A DNA stretch of 64,000 nucleotides from Candidatus Aminicenantes bacterium. Its GTDB lineage: Bacteria > Acidobacteriota > Aminicenantia > Aminicenantales > Saccharicenantaceae. The stretch's first letter is position 1. Each line of letters begins with the position of its first letter. The notes under the pieces were generated by a model. That model made no database searches. It saw only the letters and a list, made by a program, of their open reading frames with translations, and was not told the DNA's origin. The stretch spans positions 26,062-90,061 of the forward strand of contig CAWECI010000025.1 of NCBI GenBank assembly GCA_963807525.1. The letters run 5' to 3'. This document shows positions 18,649 to 28,731 of this stretch, piece by piece. The position numbers and the translations under genes are program-made.

Positions 18649-21458
18649 TTCTCGGAAGCCACGACGTTCCAGCCCCGGACCTTGACCACCGGCAGCTCGC
18701 CGCCGAGGTCCTCGGTCGAGAACATCACCGAGATCTTCCGCGTCTCCTTCGGGAGCAGCGTGACGTAGTTGTCATCGAAATAAACGGGCAGAACGATCTC
18801 GCCGGAGACGTCACGGACGACCCGCATCTCGATCATCAGGGCCAGGTCGTCCGAGGGGTTCGCGAGCTCGACCGTGATCTTGGTCATCGGCCCTTCCGTG
18901 GACGATCTGTCCTTGACCTTGAGGGTCACCGTCTTGAGGGCGTTGAGAGCGGTCAGATCGGCGAAATCCTTGATCGGCGTGACGTACCAGGTGGAGTTGG
19001 CTTCGTCGAGCGTCTCCGGCTTCGTCGACAGGCAGTAGAAGTTGGCGTCGACGAGCGTGTTCTTATCCTTGAAGACGCGGAGGTCCAGGAAGTAGGTCGG
19101 GGACAGGCCCGCCGGCAGCCGCAGCACGTCGATCGTCTTGACCTCGTCGGCCAGGAGCCCGAAATCGACCGATTTGGCGATGACCTCCTTCAGGCCGAAG
19201 TCGAGGACCCGGATGGCCGCCCGGAGCTTCGGCGCCGGCTCGGCCGCGCTGCTGACGGCGACGATCTCCTGGTTGCCGTAGTTGTAGAGGATGTGGACCG
19301 GCTCGCCGGCCTTGCGGGCGCCGTAGAAGGCCCCCGTCGGCTGGAGGGAATAGTCGTAGAGCTGCCACCAGAGCTTGGGCCAGGCCGAGTTGTACATCCA
19401 CTGGATGACCCCCGTCGCCTTGTACTTGTTGGCGACGAAGGCCTCGAACATGGCCCGCATGGCCTCGTAGTTCAGGAACTGGGCCTTGCGCAGGTAGTCC
19501 TCGAGGTCCTTGGCCGGCCCGAGCCTTTTCTCCAGGGCCTGGTTGTAGCGGCCGAGGTCCTTGAACATGCCGCGGCTGCAATGGAAGTTCCAGACGTCGT
19601 TGATGGGCCAGAGCTTGTCCTCCGGGATCATCTTGCGCAGGCTCTCGAGGGGAGGGACCTGCGGCCCGGGCCCGGTCTCGGTGTTGAAGCCGTAAGCGCC
19701 GCCGTTCTCCGTGTCGACGTACCAGTAGACCGGCGGGACGTAGTCATAGGGCCCGCGCATCTTGACGCCGGAGGGGCCGGTGATCGTGCTCGTCTTGTCC
19801 TTGGTCGAGACGAGCGTCGGCCGGGTCGGGTCGATCTCCTTCATGATCTCGATGTAGCGCTTTTCGAGGTCAGGATGGGGGATCATGTCGCTGCCCTCGG
19901 CCCAGGCGAAGATGGACGGATGGTTGCGCAGCCACAGGATCTGGTCCTTCCAGGAGGCGGCCACGAGGTCCATGAGCTCCGGGGTGACGATGCCGCCGTA
20001 AGGCTCGTCGGCCGGGCGGCCCAGGTAGTCGGTCCATTCCCAGTGGCAGCTCCAGCCGACCATGATCAGGATGCCGTTCTCGTCGCAGAGGTTGTAGAAG
20101 TCCTGACCCGTCCCCCAGAAGCCCTCGAGCCGGAGCGCGTTGAGGTTGGCCTGCCGGGCGTAGAGGATCTGGGCCCGGAGCTTGCGGGGCTTGGCGTCGA
20201 GGAGCATGTCGTCGGCCCAGCCGCCGCCGCGGATGAGGATCTTGCGTCCGTTCAGCTTGAAGCCGCGGAAGCCGGCCTCGGTGCGGTAGTCCGAGATCTC
20301 GCGGATGCCGAACCGGACGGCCCGGGAATCGGACGGCATGACGCGCGGCGTCCCGGGCATGCGGCGAAGCTCCGTCTTTTCGGGCTTTTCGCCCTTCTCC
20401 TGGGTCTTGTCGGGCGGGGCGGCCGGCGCGCCGGCTTTCTCGGCGCCCTTGAGGGTGAAGGACAGGCCGAGCAAATAGAGCTCAGGCTTGCCCAGGTCGT
20501 GCGTCCACCAGACCCGCGGGTCCTTGATGACGAGCTCGGGGGTCGTCTCCGGCGCGAGCTCGATCTTTTTCGTCTCGCCCCGCAGCAGGGTCACCTCGCG
20601 CGAAAAGCTCGTGCCGCCGATCCGGCCCTCGAGGGTGCCCGTCAGGTCCCGGTCGGCGTGGTTCACGAGATCCGCCGTCACGGTCAGGCGGGCCTCTTTG
20701 AACGCGGCCAGGTCGAGCTTGGTGATGACAAAGGGGTTCTCGATCGAGACGTCGCCGGTCGCGCGGACCCGGATGTCGCGGAACAGGCCCATGGCCTTGT
20801 CGGGCGGCTCCGGGCTCCAATCGACCCAGCCGATCGTCGGCTCGCCGGGCTTCGGCGGGAAGACCTCGACCGCCAGGACGTTCTTCTCCGTCCGCTTGAC
20901 GTGCGCCGTGACGTCGATCGTAAAGCGCCGGTAGGCGCCGAAGATCTGCCCGGCGTCGCCGATCTTCTGGCCGTTGAGCCAGATGTTGGCCCGATAGTTG
21001 ATGCCGTCGAACTCGAGCCACGTATGGGTCAGGCCCGGTCCGCCGGGAACGGTGAACTCCTTGCGATACCACCACGACACCTCGAACGGGGCCGTGGGCA
21101 CCTTGTCCAGGTTCTTGTCGAAGAAGATGTCCTGATAAACGTTGTTCTCGACCAGCGTGCCGAGAACGGACGAAGGCACCACGGCGGGATACCAAGTGTC
21201 GATCTTGAACCCCGGCTTGGAGATCTGCTCGCCCGGGCCCTTGACCTTCTCGGAGGACTGAATGTACCAAAGTTCGCCGAGGCTGACACTGCGGTCGAAG
21301 ACGGGGCCCATCTTGGCCCGGGGCTCGGGCCGTTCCTGCATCGGGTTCATGTACTGGGCCCAGCCCGACGGCGGCAGGGCGAACAGGGCGGCCAGGAGAG
21401 CGGCGGCCGCGGCGAGCTTAAGGGCGGGACGAAGGGCTCGAGTCGGCTGGATGGTCAT
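18645..21458 (-). CDS. GH2 family glycoside hydrolase (exo-beta-D-glucosaminidase / beta-mannosidase-like)
   Basis: 937 aa; signal peptide; GH2 sugar-binding motif NIWLNGQKIGD, FRGFKLNGRKILIRGGGW, NHPSIFAWAEGSD. Confidence 0.7.
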   Translation of the reverse strand: MTIQPTRALRPALKLAAAAALLAALFALPPSGWAQYMNPMQERPEPRAKMGPVFDRSVSLGELWYIQSSEKVKGPGEQISKPGFKIDTWYPAVVPSSVLGTLVENNVYQDIFFDKNLDKVPTAPFEVSWWYRKEFTVPGGPGLTHTWLEFDGINYRANIWLNGQKIGDAGQIFGAYRRFTIDVTAHVKRTEKNVLAVEVFPPKPGEPTIGWVDWSPEPPDKAMGLFRDIRVRATGDVSIENPFVITKLDLAAFKEARLTVTADLVNHADRDLTGTLEGRIGGTSFSREVTLLRGETKKIELAPETTPELVIKDPRVWWTHDLGKPELYLLGLSFTLKGAEKAGAPAAPPDKTQEKGEKPEKTELRRMPGTPRVMPSDSRAVRFGIREISDYRTEAGFRGFKLNGRKILIRGGGWADDMLLDAKPRKLRAQILYARQANLNALRLEGFWGTGQDFYNLCDENGILIMVGWSCHWEWTDYLGRPADEPYGGIVTPELMDLVAASWKDQILWLRNHPSIFAWAEGSDMIPHPDLEKRYIEIMKEIDPTRPTLVSTKDKTSTITGPSGVKMRGPYDYVPPVYWYVDTENGGAYGFNTETGPGPQVPPLESLRKMIPEDKLWPINDVWNFHCSRGMFKDLGRYNQALEKRLGPAKDLEDYLRKAQFLNYEAMRAMFEAFVANKYKATGVIQWMYNSAWPKLWWQLYDYSLQPTGAFYGARKAGEPVHILYNYGNQEIVAVSSAAEPAPKLRAAIRVLDFGLKEVIAKSVDFGLLADEVKTIDVLRLPAGLSPTYFLDLRVFKDKNTLVDANFYCLSTKPETLDEANSTWYVTPIKDFADLTALNALKTVTLKVKDRSSTEGPMTKITVELANPSDDLALMIEMRVVRDVSGEIVLPVYFDDNYVTLLPKETRKISVMFSTEDLGGELPVVKVRGWNVVASEK

Positions 21459-21557
21459 GACGCCTCCGATAGCGAGAGTCCTTATATTATATCGAAACCC
21501 GCGCGGCCGGCCAAACGTTCCCCTGGGGAGGCCCCCCCCATAAAAGAGGGACAGTCC

Positions 21558-24500
21558 TCATCTCTTAATAACGAGGGTCAGGATCCCATATGCAGGCAGT
21601 TCGAGCGGGACCGCGAGGCGAGGGCCGGGAGCCCCATCGATATCGCTGACGAAGACGCGGCCCCGGTCGGGCGCTTCCCCCCGCAGGGCCAGCGTCTGGG
21701 GCTGGGATGAGGCGTTGAAGAGCCGCAGCAACCAGGCCCGACCGTCCGCGGCGGGTCTCAGGCGGGTGGCCACGACGTCCGGGTTCGTGACGACAAGGGG
21801 GAAGCAGGGCGGCGGCGAGGCCGGGTCGGCCGGGACGGGGATGAGCGGCGCGGCCGCTTCCAAGCCCAGCCTCTTGGCGGCCGCCGTGTCGGCGCCCCGG
21901 TGGGGGGCTACGACATAGCGGAGCGTCACCGGCCCTTCCTGGTCGGCTTTGTAATTCGTGTGCCAATAATTATTCATGGCGTAGGAAAAGACGCGCGAGG
22001 ACGGGATCGGCTCCTCGCGCCAGGCCCGCCGTTCGCCGCGCCGGGGCGTCTCGTCGGTGAGGCCGCCGATCTCGACGAGCGGAGCGTCGAGCGAGGTCCA
22101 GGTCAAACCCACGTCGCGATCCGAGATGTCGACGCTGTCCCGGGCGCAGAAGAAGTCGCGGCAGGCGCCGGGGATCTGGTCCACCCCGGGACGGACGAAG
22201 CCCCAGCCGGCGTCGACGCGGACCGTCCCGTTCGGAACGGCGAAGGGAAAGGCGAGGTGGACGCTTTCCTTGTCCCGGACCTTCTCCTTGTCGATCGTGA
22301 CGGCGATCTCGAGCCGCGCCAGGCCGTCGATGACCCGGTACTCGCGGCAGAGGCTCCTGGCCCCGGGCGCCGCCGATTCGACGATGAGCGAGGCCACCAG
22401 CGGGCCCGTCTCGCCGGGCCTGACCCGGACCTCCGAGACCGTTCGGGCCGCCTTCGGGTCGAGACCCGGAACATAGAGATAATGGGCCAGGCCGGGCCAT
22501 TCGCTGCCGTCCACGAGCTCCCGTCCCTGGCCGTCCTTCCAGCGCAGGCTCCCGACCGCCCCCGTCGCGGGCTCGACGGCCGCCCTGATCTTATGGGAAT
22601 GGATCTCGTCGGGACCGCAGCGGGCCGATCCGCCGGCGCCGACCCGGCCTTGGCCCACGACATAGCGCTTGGCCCCGAAGCCGGAGACGCCCGCCGCCAG
22701 GAAGGCCAGACGGCCGTCCCTGAGCCGCTGAGACGGAACGATCACGCCCGCGGCGTCCCGGACGAGCTCGCCCCGGCCGCTCTGGCCGGCCGGCACGACG
22801 ACCAGGTCCGTCCGGTCCCACGAACAGGTGTTGACGACGTCGAACGCGACGGCGTTTTCCGCTCCCGGCGAGCGGACGGGACCGCCCGCCGCCTCCTCGA
22901 GAAGCCGGACCGACAGCCGCGCGGCCTCGTCGGCGAAGGCTTTCTTGTATTCCCATTGGGCCCGCGGCCCGTCCCCGTCCGGGTTCGAAACGCTATCGGA
23001 CGCGCCCCACGTGTGCTCGCTGAAAAGGACGACCTGGCGCCAGGCCTCTTCGTCCCGGCCGTCCGGGAAGCCGGCCCGGCCCCGAATGGACCACAACGCT
23101 TCGGCCTGCACGAGACGGCCGGCCGCGACGCGGGCCGCGGCCGTTTCCTTGGCCGTCGAAGCCGCCCCGTCTTCCCAATAGCCGGTGAAATCGCCTCGCA
23201 CTTCAGGGACCGACGCTCCGTAGCGCCGCTCGAACTCGGCGAACATCTCGGAGGCCGTGGCGATGACCATCCGGGGCGAGGCGTACTTCTCGTTCCAGCG
23301 GCGGACGCCATCGGCCAGCTCCGGGTCGGGCGGGCCGTTGTCGCCGCCGACCGTATAGCGCACCTGGACCATGCCGTAGGGATAGCCCTTGGCCTCGAGC
23401 TCTTCCATGTATTCGAAGATCCGATAAGCCGGAGCTTGGGCCAGCGAACCCATGTTCAGGCCGTGGAACCAGGAATACCCGCGGCCGGCCATCCAGAAAA
23501 GAACTCTCTCCCGGCCGGACGGCGAGAGCCAATAGAACGGCCGGTCGCCCCATGTCTTGAGGGCCCAGCCGACCCGATCGCCCCCGTCGAATAGGCTGGG
23601 CATGTAGTTCGGACCGCTCGAGACGTATTTGATCCCGGCCAGGGCCAGGGCCGGGACCAGGGACCAGGACTGGCTCGGGATGTCGGTGACCATGACCGAA
23701 TCGACAGGCCGACCGGCCATGCGTCCGAGGTCGCGGGCGAATCGGGTCAGAGGAAAGAACTCCTCGGGATGACAGAGCCCGGTCAGCACGCCGGCCAGCG
23801 TCGCCTGGAGCCCGATCCAGCCGCGCCGGATGGCCTCGAGAAAGGCCGCCTTCTCTCGTTCGGAAGCCTGGCGGAAATAGGTCTCCACGGCCCAGGCCTG
23901 CTCGGTGTTCCACTTGAACCGGGCGCCTTCCGGATAGCCGGCCGTCCGCTCCGCGAGCCCGATGGCCTCGCGGTAATAGCGCCAGTGGTTCTTTTCGACG
24001 ACCGGCTGCGGGTCGGAGTAGCCGATGTCGACGTGGGAGTGGGGGAGGAGCCAGATCTCGCGGGGGACGACGGGCTTGACCGGGAGCTCGCCGCGGCGGA
24101 CCGATCCGTCGTCGAGGACCACTTCGACGGCGACGCGCGCCTCGCGCTCGACCGCCGGGATGAGGAACTCGAGAGCGTTGTAGCCCAGCTTGAGCTCGAG
24201 CCTGGCCTTTTCGCCGCCGCAGGAGACGACGGCTCCGGCAGGCGGGGCCAGGTGGCTGACCTCGACCCGGACGATCTGGAAGAGACGTCCGCCCTCCTTG
24301 CGGACCAGGGCCTGTTCGCTCCGGGCCCAGACGTCGCGGCGGAGATCATCGCGAAAGACCATGAACCAGTCGTTCGAGCCCGCCGCCTCTCCCGTCACGC
24401 GGACCGTGACCGGCCGTCCCGCGCGGATGAGACCGGCCGGGACCTCGAGCCACATGAACCCGAAGAGCTCATCGAACTGGTCGACCATGACCGTTTGGAA

Positions 24501-24884
24501 CGACAGGGCGATCCCCGACGCCCCGGTCTCTCGCCAGTCCCGGCGGGACGAGTCGGCGGAGGTGTTAAAGCTCAGCGCCGCCCGGCCATCGACGGCGAGA
24601 TCGAACCGGTGGCCGCCCTTGCCCGTCGCGTGGCCGGCCAGCCAGACGAACGTCGCCGGGCCGCCGGCCCAGTCGGCCGGCACGGGCTCGGTCTCCCATT
24701 CGACGGCCATGGACCCGTCCGAAGCCCGGCTGATGAGGGCGGACGAGATGTCGGGATAGGGGGAATGATAGGTGAGCTCGGCGCCCGAGAGAGTGCGGCT
24801 GTAACCCCTGAGCCAGTCCGCCCCCGAAGGCTTGGCGGCCGCGGTCACAAGGGACAGAAGGGCTCCGGTTCGTCGCATCGTCAT
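21558..24884 (-). CDS. GH38 alpha-mannosidase family protein
   Basis: 1108 aa; GH38 N-terminal metal-site motif IWLLPHSHVDIGYSD; overall size. Confidence 0.65.
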   Translation of the reverse strand: MTMRRTGALLSLVTAAAKPSGADWLRGYSRTLSGAELTYHSPYPDISSALISRASDGSMAVEWETEPVPADWAGGPATFVWLAGHATGKGGHRFDLAVDGRAALSFNTSADSSRRDWRETGASGIALSFQTVMVDQFDELFGFMWLEVPAGLIRAGRPVTVRVTGEAAGSNDWFMVFRDDLRRDVWARSEQALVRKEGGRLFQIVRVEVSHLAPPAGAVVSCGGEKARLELKLGYNALEFLIPAVEREARVAVEVVLDDGSVRRGELPVKPVVPREIWLLPHSHVDIGYSDPQPVVEKNHWRYYREAIGLAERTAGYPEGARFKWNTEQAWAVETYFRQASEREKAAFLEAIRRGWIGLQATLAGVLTGLCHPEEFFPLTRFARDLGRMAGRPVDSVMVTDIPSQSWSLVPALALAGIKYVSSGPNYMPSLFDGGDRVGWALKTWGDRPFYWLSPSGRERVLFWMAGRGYSWFHGLNMGSLAQAPAYRIFEYMEELEAKGYPYGMVQVRYTVGGDNGPPDPELADGVRRWNEKYASPRMVIATASEMFAEFERRYGASVPEVRGDFTGYWEDGAASTAKETAAARVAAGRLVQAEALWSIRGRAGFPDGRDEEAWRQVVLFSEHTWGASDSVSNPDGDGPRAQWEYKKAFADEAARLSVRLLEEAAGGPVRSPGAENAVAFDVVNTCSWDRTDLVVVPAGQSGRGELVRDAAGVIVPSQRLRDGRLAFLAAGVSGFGAKRYVVGQGRVGAGGSARCGPDEIHSHKIRAAVEPATGAVGSLRWKDGQGRELVDGSEWPGLAHYLYVPGLDPKAARTVSEVRVRPGETGPLVASLIVESAAPGARSLCREYRVIDGLARLEIAVTIDKEKVRDKESVHLAFPFAVPNGTVRVDAGWGFVRPGVDQIPGACRDFFCARDSVDISDRDVGLTWTSLDAPLVEIGGLTDETPRRGERRAWREEPIPSSRVFSYAMNNYWHTNYKADQEGPVTLRYVVAPHRGADTAAAKRLGLEAAAPLIPVPADPASPPPCFPLVVTNPDVVATRLRPAADGRAWLLRLFNASSQPQTLALRGEAPDRGRVFVSDIDGAPGPRLAVPLELPAYGILTLVIKR

Positions 24885-24985
24885 CGGGGTTTGCCAGGCC
24901 CCACATCATAACAGCGCCGCCGCCTGGTTTTCAATCGGGGACAGCCCGCCGCCGGGATCATCTCTTGACAAATTAAAAAGATATA

Positions 24986-25012
24986 TTAAGATATAACTTA
25001 GATATATCTTAA
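24986..25012. promoter_or_regulatory. AT-rich palindromic operator TTAAGATATA-N7-TATATCTTAA upstream of padR, with TTGACA at 24965
   Basis: 10-bp perfect inverted repeat in a 60-bp AT-rich island within 70% GC DNA, 25 bp upstream of PadR start. Confidence 0.55.
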
Positions 25013-25036
25013 TTATCGTTATCTTAGGAGGCTGTT

Positions 25037-25558
25037 ATGTTCAACAGGCACGATTTCAGGGGTTGGGGACCGGAGCGCATGTTCCACAAAGGCGACTTCA
25101 AGTATCTCATCCTCGACCTTCTCAAGGACAAGCCCCGGCATGGCTACGAGATCATCCGCGAGCTCGAATCGAGATCTCACGGCTTCTATTCCCCGAGCCC
25201 CGGGACCGTCTATCCCACCCTCCAATATCTCGAAGATATGGGCTACGTGACCGGGATCGAGCAGGACGGCAAGAAGATCTATACCGTCACCGAAGAGGGC
25301 CTCAAATTCCTGGACGCCCAGGCCGGCACGGTCAACGATATCAGGGACCATGTCCGCAGCCATTGGCATGATCTGGGCTCCGAATTCGGGGTCCAATTCC
25401 GCGAGGTCATGCGCGAATACGGCGAGATCGGACGGGTGCTCGGTCAACGGGTCCGGCGGATGTCCGCCGACAAGCTGCCTCGGATCGGCGCCGTGCTGAA
25501 GACGGCCCTGGGCGAGATCGAGAAGATCGTCACCGAGGAAACGCCGCCCCAGAGATGA
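25037..25558 (+). CDS. padR: PadR family transcriptional regulator
   Basis: 173 aa; FKYLILDLLKDKPRHGYEIIRELE...GTVYPTLQYLEDMGYV winged-helix signature; GGAGG RBS. Confidence 0.85.
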   Translation: MFNRHDFRGWGPERMFHKGDFKYLILDLLKDKPRHGYEIIRELESRSHGFYSPSPGTVYPTLQYLEDMGYVTGIEQDGKKIYTVTEEGLKFLDAQAGTVNDIRDHVRSHWHDLGSEFGVQFREVMREYGEIGRVLGQRVRRMSADKLPRIGAVLKTALGEIEKIVTEETPPQR

Positions 25559-25825
25559 GCCAACACCTTGACGAAGGTAGCATGATATTTCGCAGGACAA
25601 CGGCTTCGAGTGCTCAGCCGGGCTTCTGCCGCTCGCTCGCGTGAGAAAGGAAGCAAGGAGGGCCTGGAGAGGAATCCCCGTTCCTGCCCCGTCTTTCGCA
25701 ATAGCCTTGGATGGGGCCCTCCTTGCGTTGGCCCCATTCTCTGTCTGCGCCCTGCGGCGGTCAATCGCCGGAAGCGGCGGTTGCCGAGGTGAAATCCCCT
25801 CTCGCAAGGGGGTGAGGCCAGCCTC

Positions 25826-25890
25826 AAGAAGGGGTCAAACCTACGCAATGCCAGTTCCGTACTGGCATTGCGTAGGTTTGACCCCTTCTG
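25826..25890 (+). other. perfect 30-bp-stem hairpin (5-nt loop) closing a structured ~330-nt noncoding region
   Basis: CAAGAAGGGGTCAAACCTACGCAATGCCAGT-tccgt-ACTGGCATTGCGTAGGTTTGACCCCTTCTG read directly. Confidence 0.8.
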
Positions 25891-25924
25891 TTATCATGAG
25901 GCGACATCGGAGGAGGGAGGCCCC

Positions 25925-26857
25925 ATGAACGTCAAAAAGTTCATCGAAACCCAGGTCGACGAGATCAAAAAGTCCGTCGGCTCCAGCAAGGCCATCTCGG
26001 CCCTGTCCGGCGGCGTCGACAGCTCCGCCTGCACGGTCCTGGCCCACCGGGCCCTTGGCCCGCAGCTCAAATCGGTCTTCATCGACCATGGCCTGATGCG
26101 GGCCGGCGAGCCGCTGGAGATCGCCAATGTCTTCGCCGGCCTCGGCATCGCCGTGGACGTCGCCGACAAGCGGAAAGAATATTTTGCCGCGCTCAAGGGC
26201 AAGGCCGATCCGGAGGAGAAGCGCAAGGCTTTCCGCTACGCGTTCTACAGCTCCTTCGGCAAGGAGGTCCTCAAGAGCAAGGCCCGTTTCCTCATCCAGG
26301 GCACGATCGCCGCCGACATCATCGAGACCCAGAGGGGGGTCAAGACCCAGCACAATATCCTCGAGCAGATCGGCATCGATCCGGAGAAGGGCTTCGGCTT
26401 CAAGGTCATCGAGCCGCTCAAGGAGCTGTTCAAGCACGAGGTCCGGCTGGTGGCCAAGGAGCTCGGCCTGCCCGAGTCGATCTGGAACCGCATGCCCTTC
26501 CCCGGGCCGGCCCTGGCCACCCGCATCATCGGCGAAGTGACGCCCGAGCGGGTCGATCTCGTCCGGGCCGCGACCACGATCGTCGAAGAGGAAGTGGCCG
26601 CCCACAAGCCGTTCCAGGCCTTCGCCGTCCTGCTCGAGGACAAGGGCACCGGGCTCGTCAAAGGCGAGCGCCTGTTCGGCCACATCATCATCGTCCGCTC
26701 GGTCGAGAGCAGGGACGCCATGACGGCCGAGCCCTCGGCCCTGCCCTGGCCCACGCTGATGAAGATCACCCAGCGGATCACGACGGAGCTGCCCCAGGTC
26801 ACCCGCGTCGCCTACGAGCTCACGGCCAAGCCACCGGCCACGATCGAATACATCTAG
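25925..26857 (+). CDS. guaA: GMP synthase ATP-pyrophosphatase/dimerisation subunit (GuaA C-terminal half, no glutamine amidotransferase domain)
   Basis: ATG preceded by GGAGGAGGGAGG; PP-loop SGGVDSS; C-terminus KPPATIEYI matches the GuaA C-terminus; only ~310 aa. Confidence 0.75.
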   Translation: MNVKKFIETQVDEIKKSVGSSKAISALSGGVDSSACTVLAHRALGPQLKSVFIDHGLMRAGEPLEIANVFAGLGIAVDVADKRKEYFAALKGKADPEEKRKAFRYAFYSSFGKEVLKSKARFLIQGTIAADIIETQRGVKTQHNILEQIGIDPEKGFGFKVIEPLKELFKHEVRLVAKELGLPESIWNRMPFPGPALATRIIGEVTPERVDLVRAATTIVEEEVAAHKPFQAFAVLLEDKGTGLVKGERLFGHIIIVRSVESRDAMTAEPSALPWPTLMKITQRITTELPQVTRVAYELTAKPPATIEYI

Positions 26858-26922
26858 CCTGGACAATTCGTAAACTCGGCTCGTGAATTATCCAGGCTGA
26901 AATCGTTCATTTGGAGGACGTC

Positions 26923-28666
26923 ATGCCCTATTCGGGAAAGAAAAAAGGCGGCCTGCCCACCTTGGGCATTTTTGTGCCCTGCGATCCCCGCATCGACAAG
27001 GGATCGCGCGACCGGGCCTTCAATATCGGCCAGATGACGGCCGGGCTGCTGGCCAAGCGCCTGCGCCTGCCCGACGGCGCCGCCCCCAACATCTTCACCT
27101 GCTCGCAGCTCGTCGACAGCGAGTCCACGGCCGACCTCGGGGCCCGGGAGATGAAGGACGCCGGCGTCGAGGCCATCCTCGTCGTCCCCGACACCTGGTT
27201 CTTTCCCGGCAAGACGGCCATGGCCCTGACGGCCCATTTTCCGCCGTCCACCCCGCTGGCGTGCGTCGGCGGCAACAACGCGCCCAAGCCGGGCGTCGTC
27301 GGCATCGATGCCCTCGTCGGCGCCTACGCCCAGACCGGCCGGCTCTGCCCCATGGTCATCGGCTCCATGCCCGAGACCGGGCTTCATCCCGAGTTCGACG
27401 CCGGGACGCAGGAGGAGATCGTCGATCTCGCCTACGCCATGCTGACGCGCGTGGCCCTCCGGGGCCGGCGCTATGTCTCGATCGACACCGACTCCATGCA
27501 GATGGAGACGGCCCTCAACCACGTCCATGCGGCCCGCCGTTTCTTCGGCCTGGAGAGCACCCGCGAATCGATGAAGCTCTTCGCCGACATGGTCCGCAAG
27601 AAAGGCGGCTACGATCCCGAGGAGCTCAAGGCCCTCCACGACTGGATCGTCAACGTCAAGTTCAAGGACCGCATCTACGCCAATTCCGAGGACATCGTCC
27701 GGCACGGGCATCCTGTCCTCACGGGGAAGGCCCCCAAGCCGCCGGCCCTGAGGCGCCGCCGACAAGGCCAAGCTCGACGAGGGTCTGGCCCTCTACCTCA
27801 TCCTCCGCAACTACATGCGCGACGTCAACGCCATCGGGGGCGGCTGGACGAACCAGCTCGGCTGGGGCTCCGACCGCCGCGGCCTGCCGCTTTCGACGGC
27901 GGACATCGCCGAATCGCTCTTCAACTCGACCGAGGACCACACCGGCAAGAAGATGGTCGTCCCGTTCGCCACCGAGAACGACATCCAGGCCCTGCTCACG
28001 ATGATCGCCTATTGCTATCTCGCCGGGGGCCAGCCGACGCTGTTCATGGATTTCCGCAAGGTCTACGAGCCCTGGGAGATCGAGAAGAACGCCCGGGCCC
28101 TCGGCCTGGACCTCAAGAAGCTCGCCGGGGAACCCTGGATGGAGCGGGGCTTCATCGACGGCAACAATTCCGGTTCGGCCTCGCTCGATTTCGGCCGCCG
28201 GTGGTTCCTGTTCAAGGCCGTCGAGTTCTATTTCCCCGGGCTCGGCTTCTCGGTGAGCTACCTCTCGCCGAAGGGGATCAAGGGCCTGGCCGGACGCATC
28301 GCCTTCTCCGACCTCTCCGGTCTCTTCACCATGGTCCAGGACGAGGCCCAGTCGGTCGAGCTCCCCGCGGCGCTGGCCGAGAAGGTCTGCCACGCCTCCG
28401 ATTACACGTGGCCGCACACCTTTCTCACCTTCGACCATGTCCCGGCCAGCTTGGCCAAGATGGGCATGCCGGCCAACCATTTTCATATGGTCGCCGGCCT
28501 GCCGCGCCGCCGTTGGCAGCATCTTTCCGACTACGCCAACATCCTCAACTACCGATGGGAGGACGCGCCGGAGTTCGTCGAGGGTTTGGACCGGCCCCTG
28601 CCCATGCTCTACCGCATCAACGGCGGGGAGACGGCGGCGAAGATGCTGCTGGCGGGGCGGAGGTGA
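26923..28666 (+). pseudogene. fucI: L-fucose isomerase with single frameshift near 27745-27760
   Basis: N-terminus LPTLGIFVPCDPR...AGLLAKRLR parallels E. coli FucI LPKIGIRPVIDGR...AALLTEKLR; downstream half in another frame (ORF 27815..28666) contains FATENDIQALLTMIAYCYLAGGQPTLFMDFRKVYEPWEIE matching FucI [41 protein letters not shown]; an in-frame TGA at ~27752 in the downstream-half frame separates the two halves. Confidence 0.65.
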
Positions 28667-28731
28667 CGAAGGGCCGACCCAGGCGCCGCCCCGGGCCGTC
28701 CGGGGCTCCGCCGGCGAGCCTCGCGCCGGAG

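Noticed and set aside
18375-21710. 1111-aa ORF on plus strand
   Set aside because: Antisense shadow of the GH2 gene (18645-21458, minus) in high-GC DNA; Arg/Pro/Gly-rich low-complexity translation with no domain motifs.
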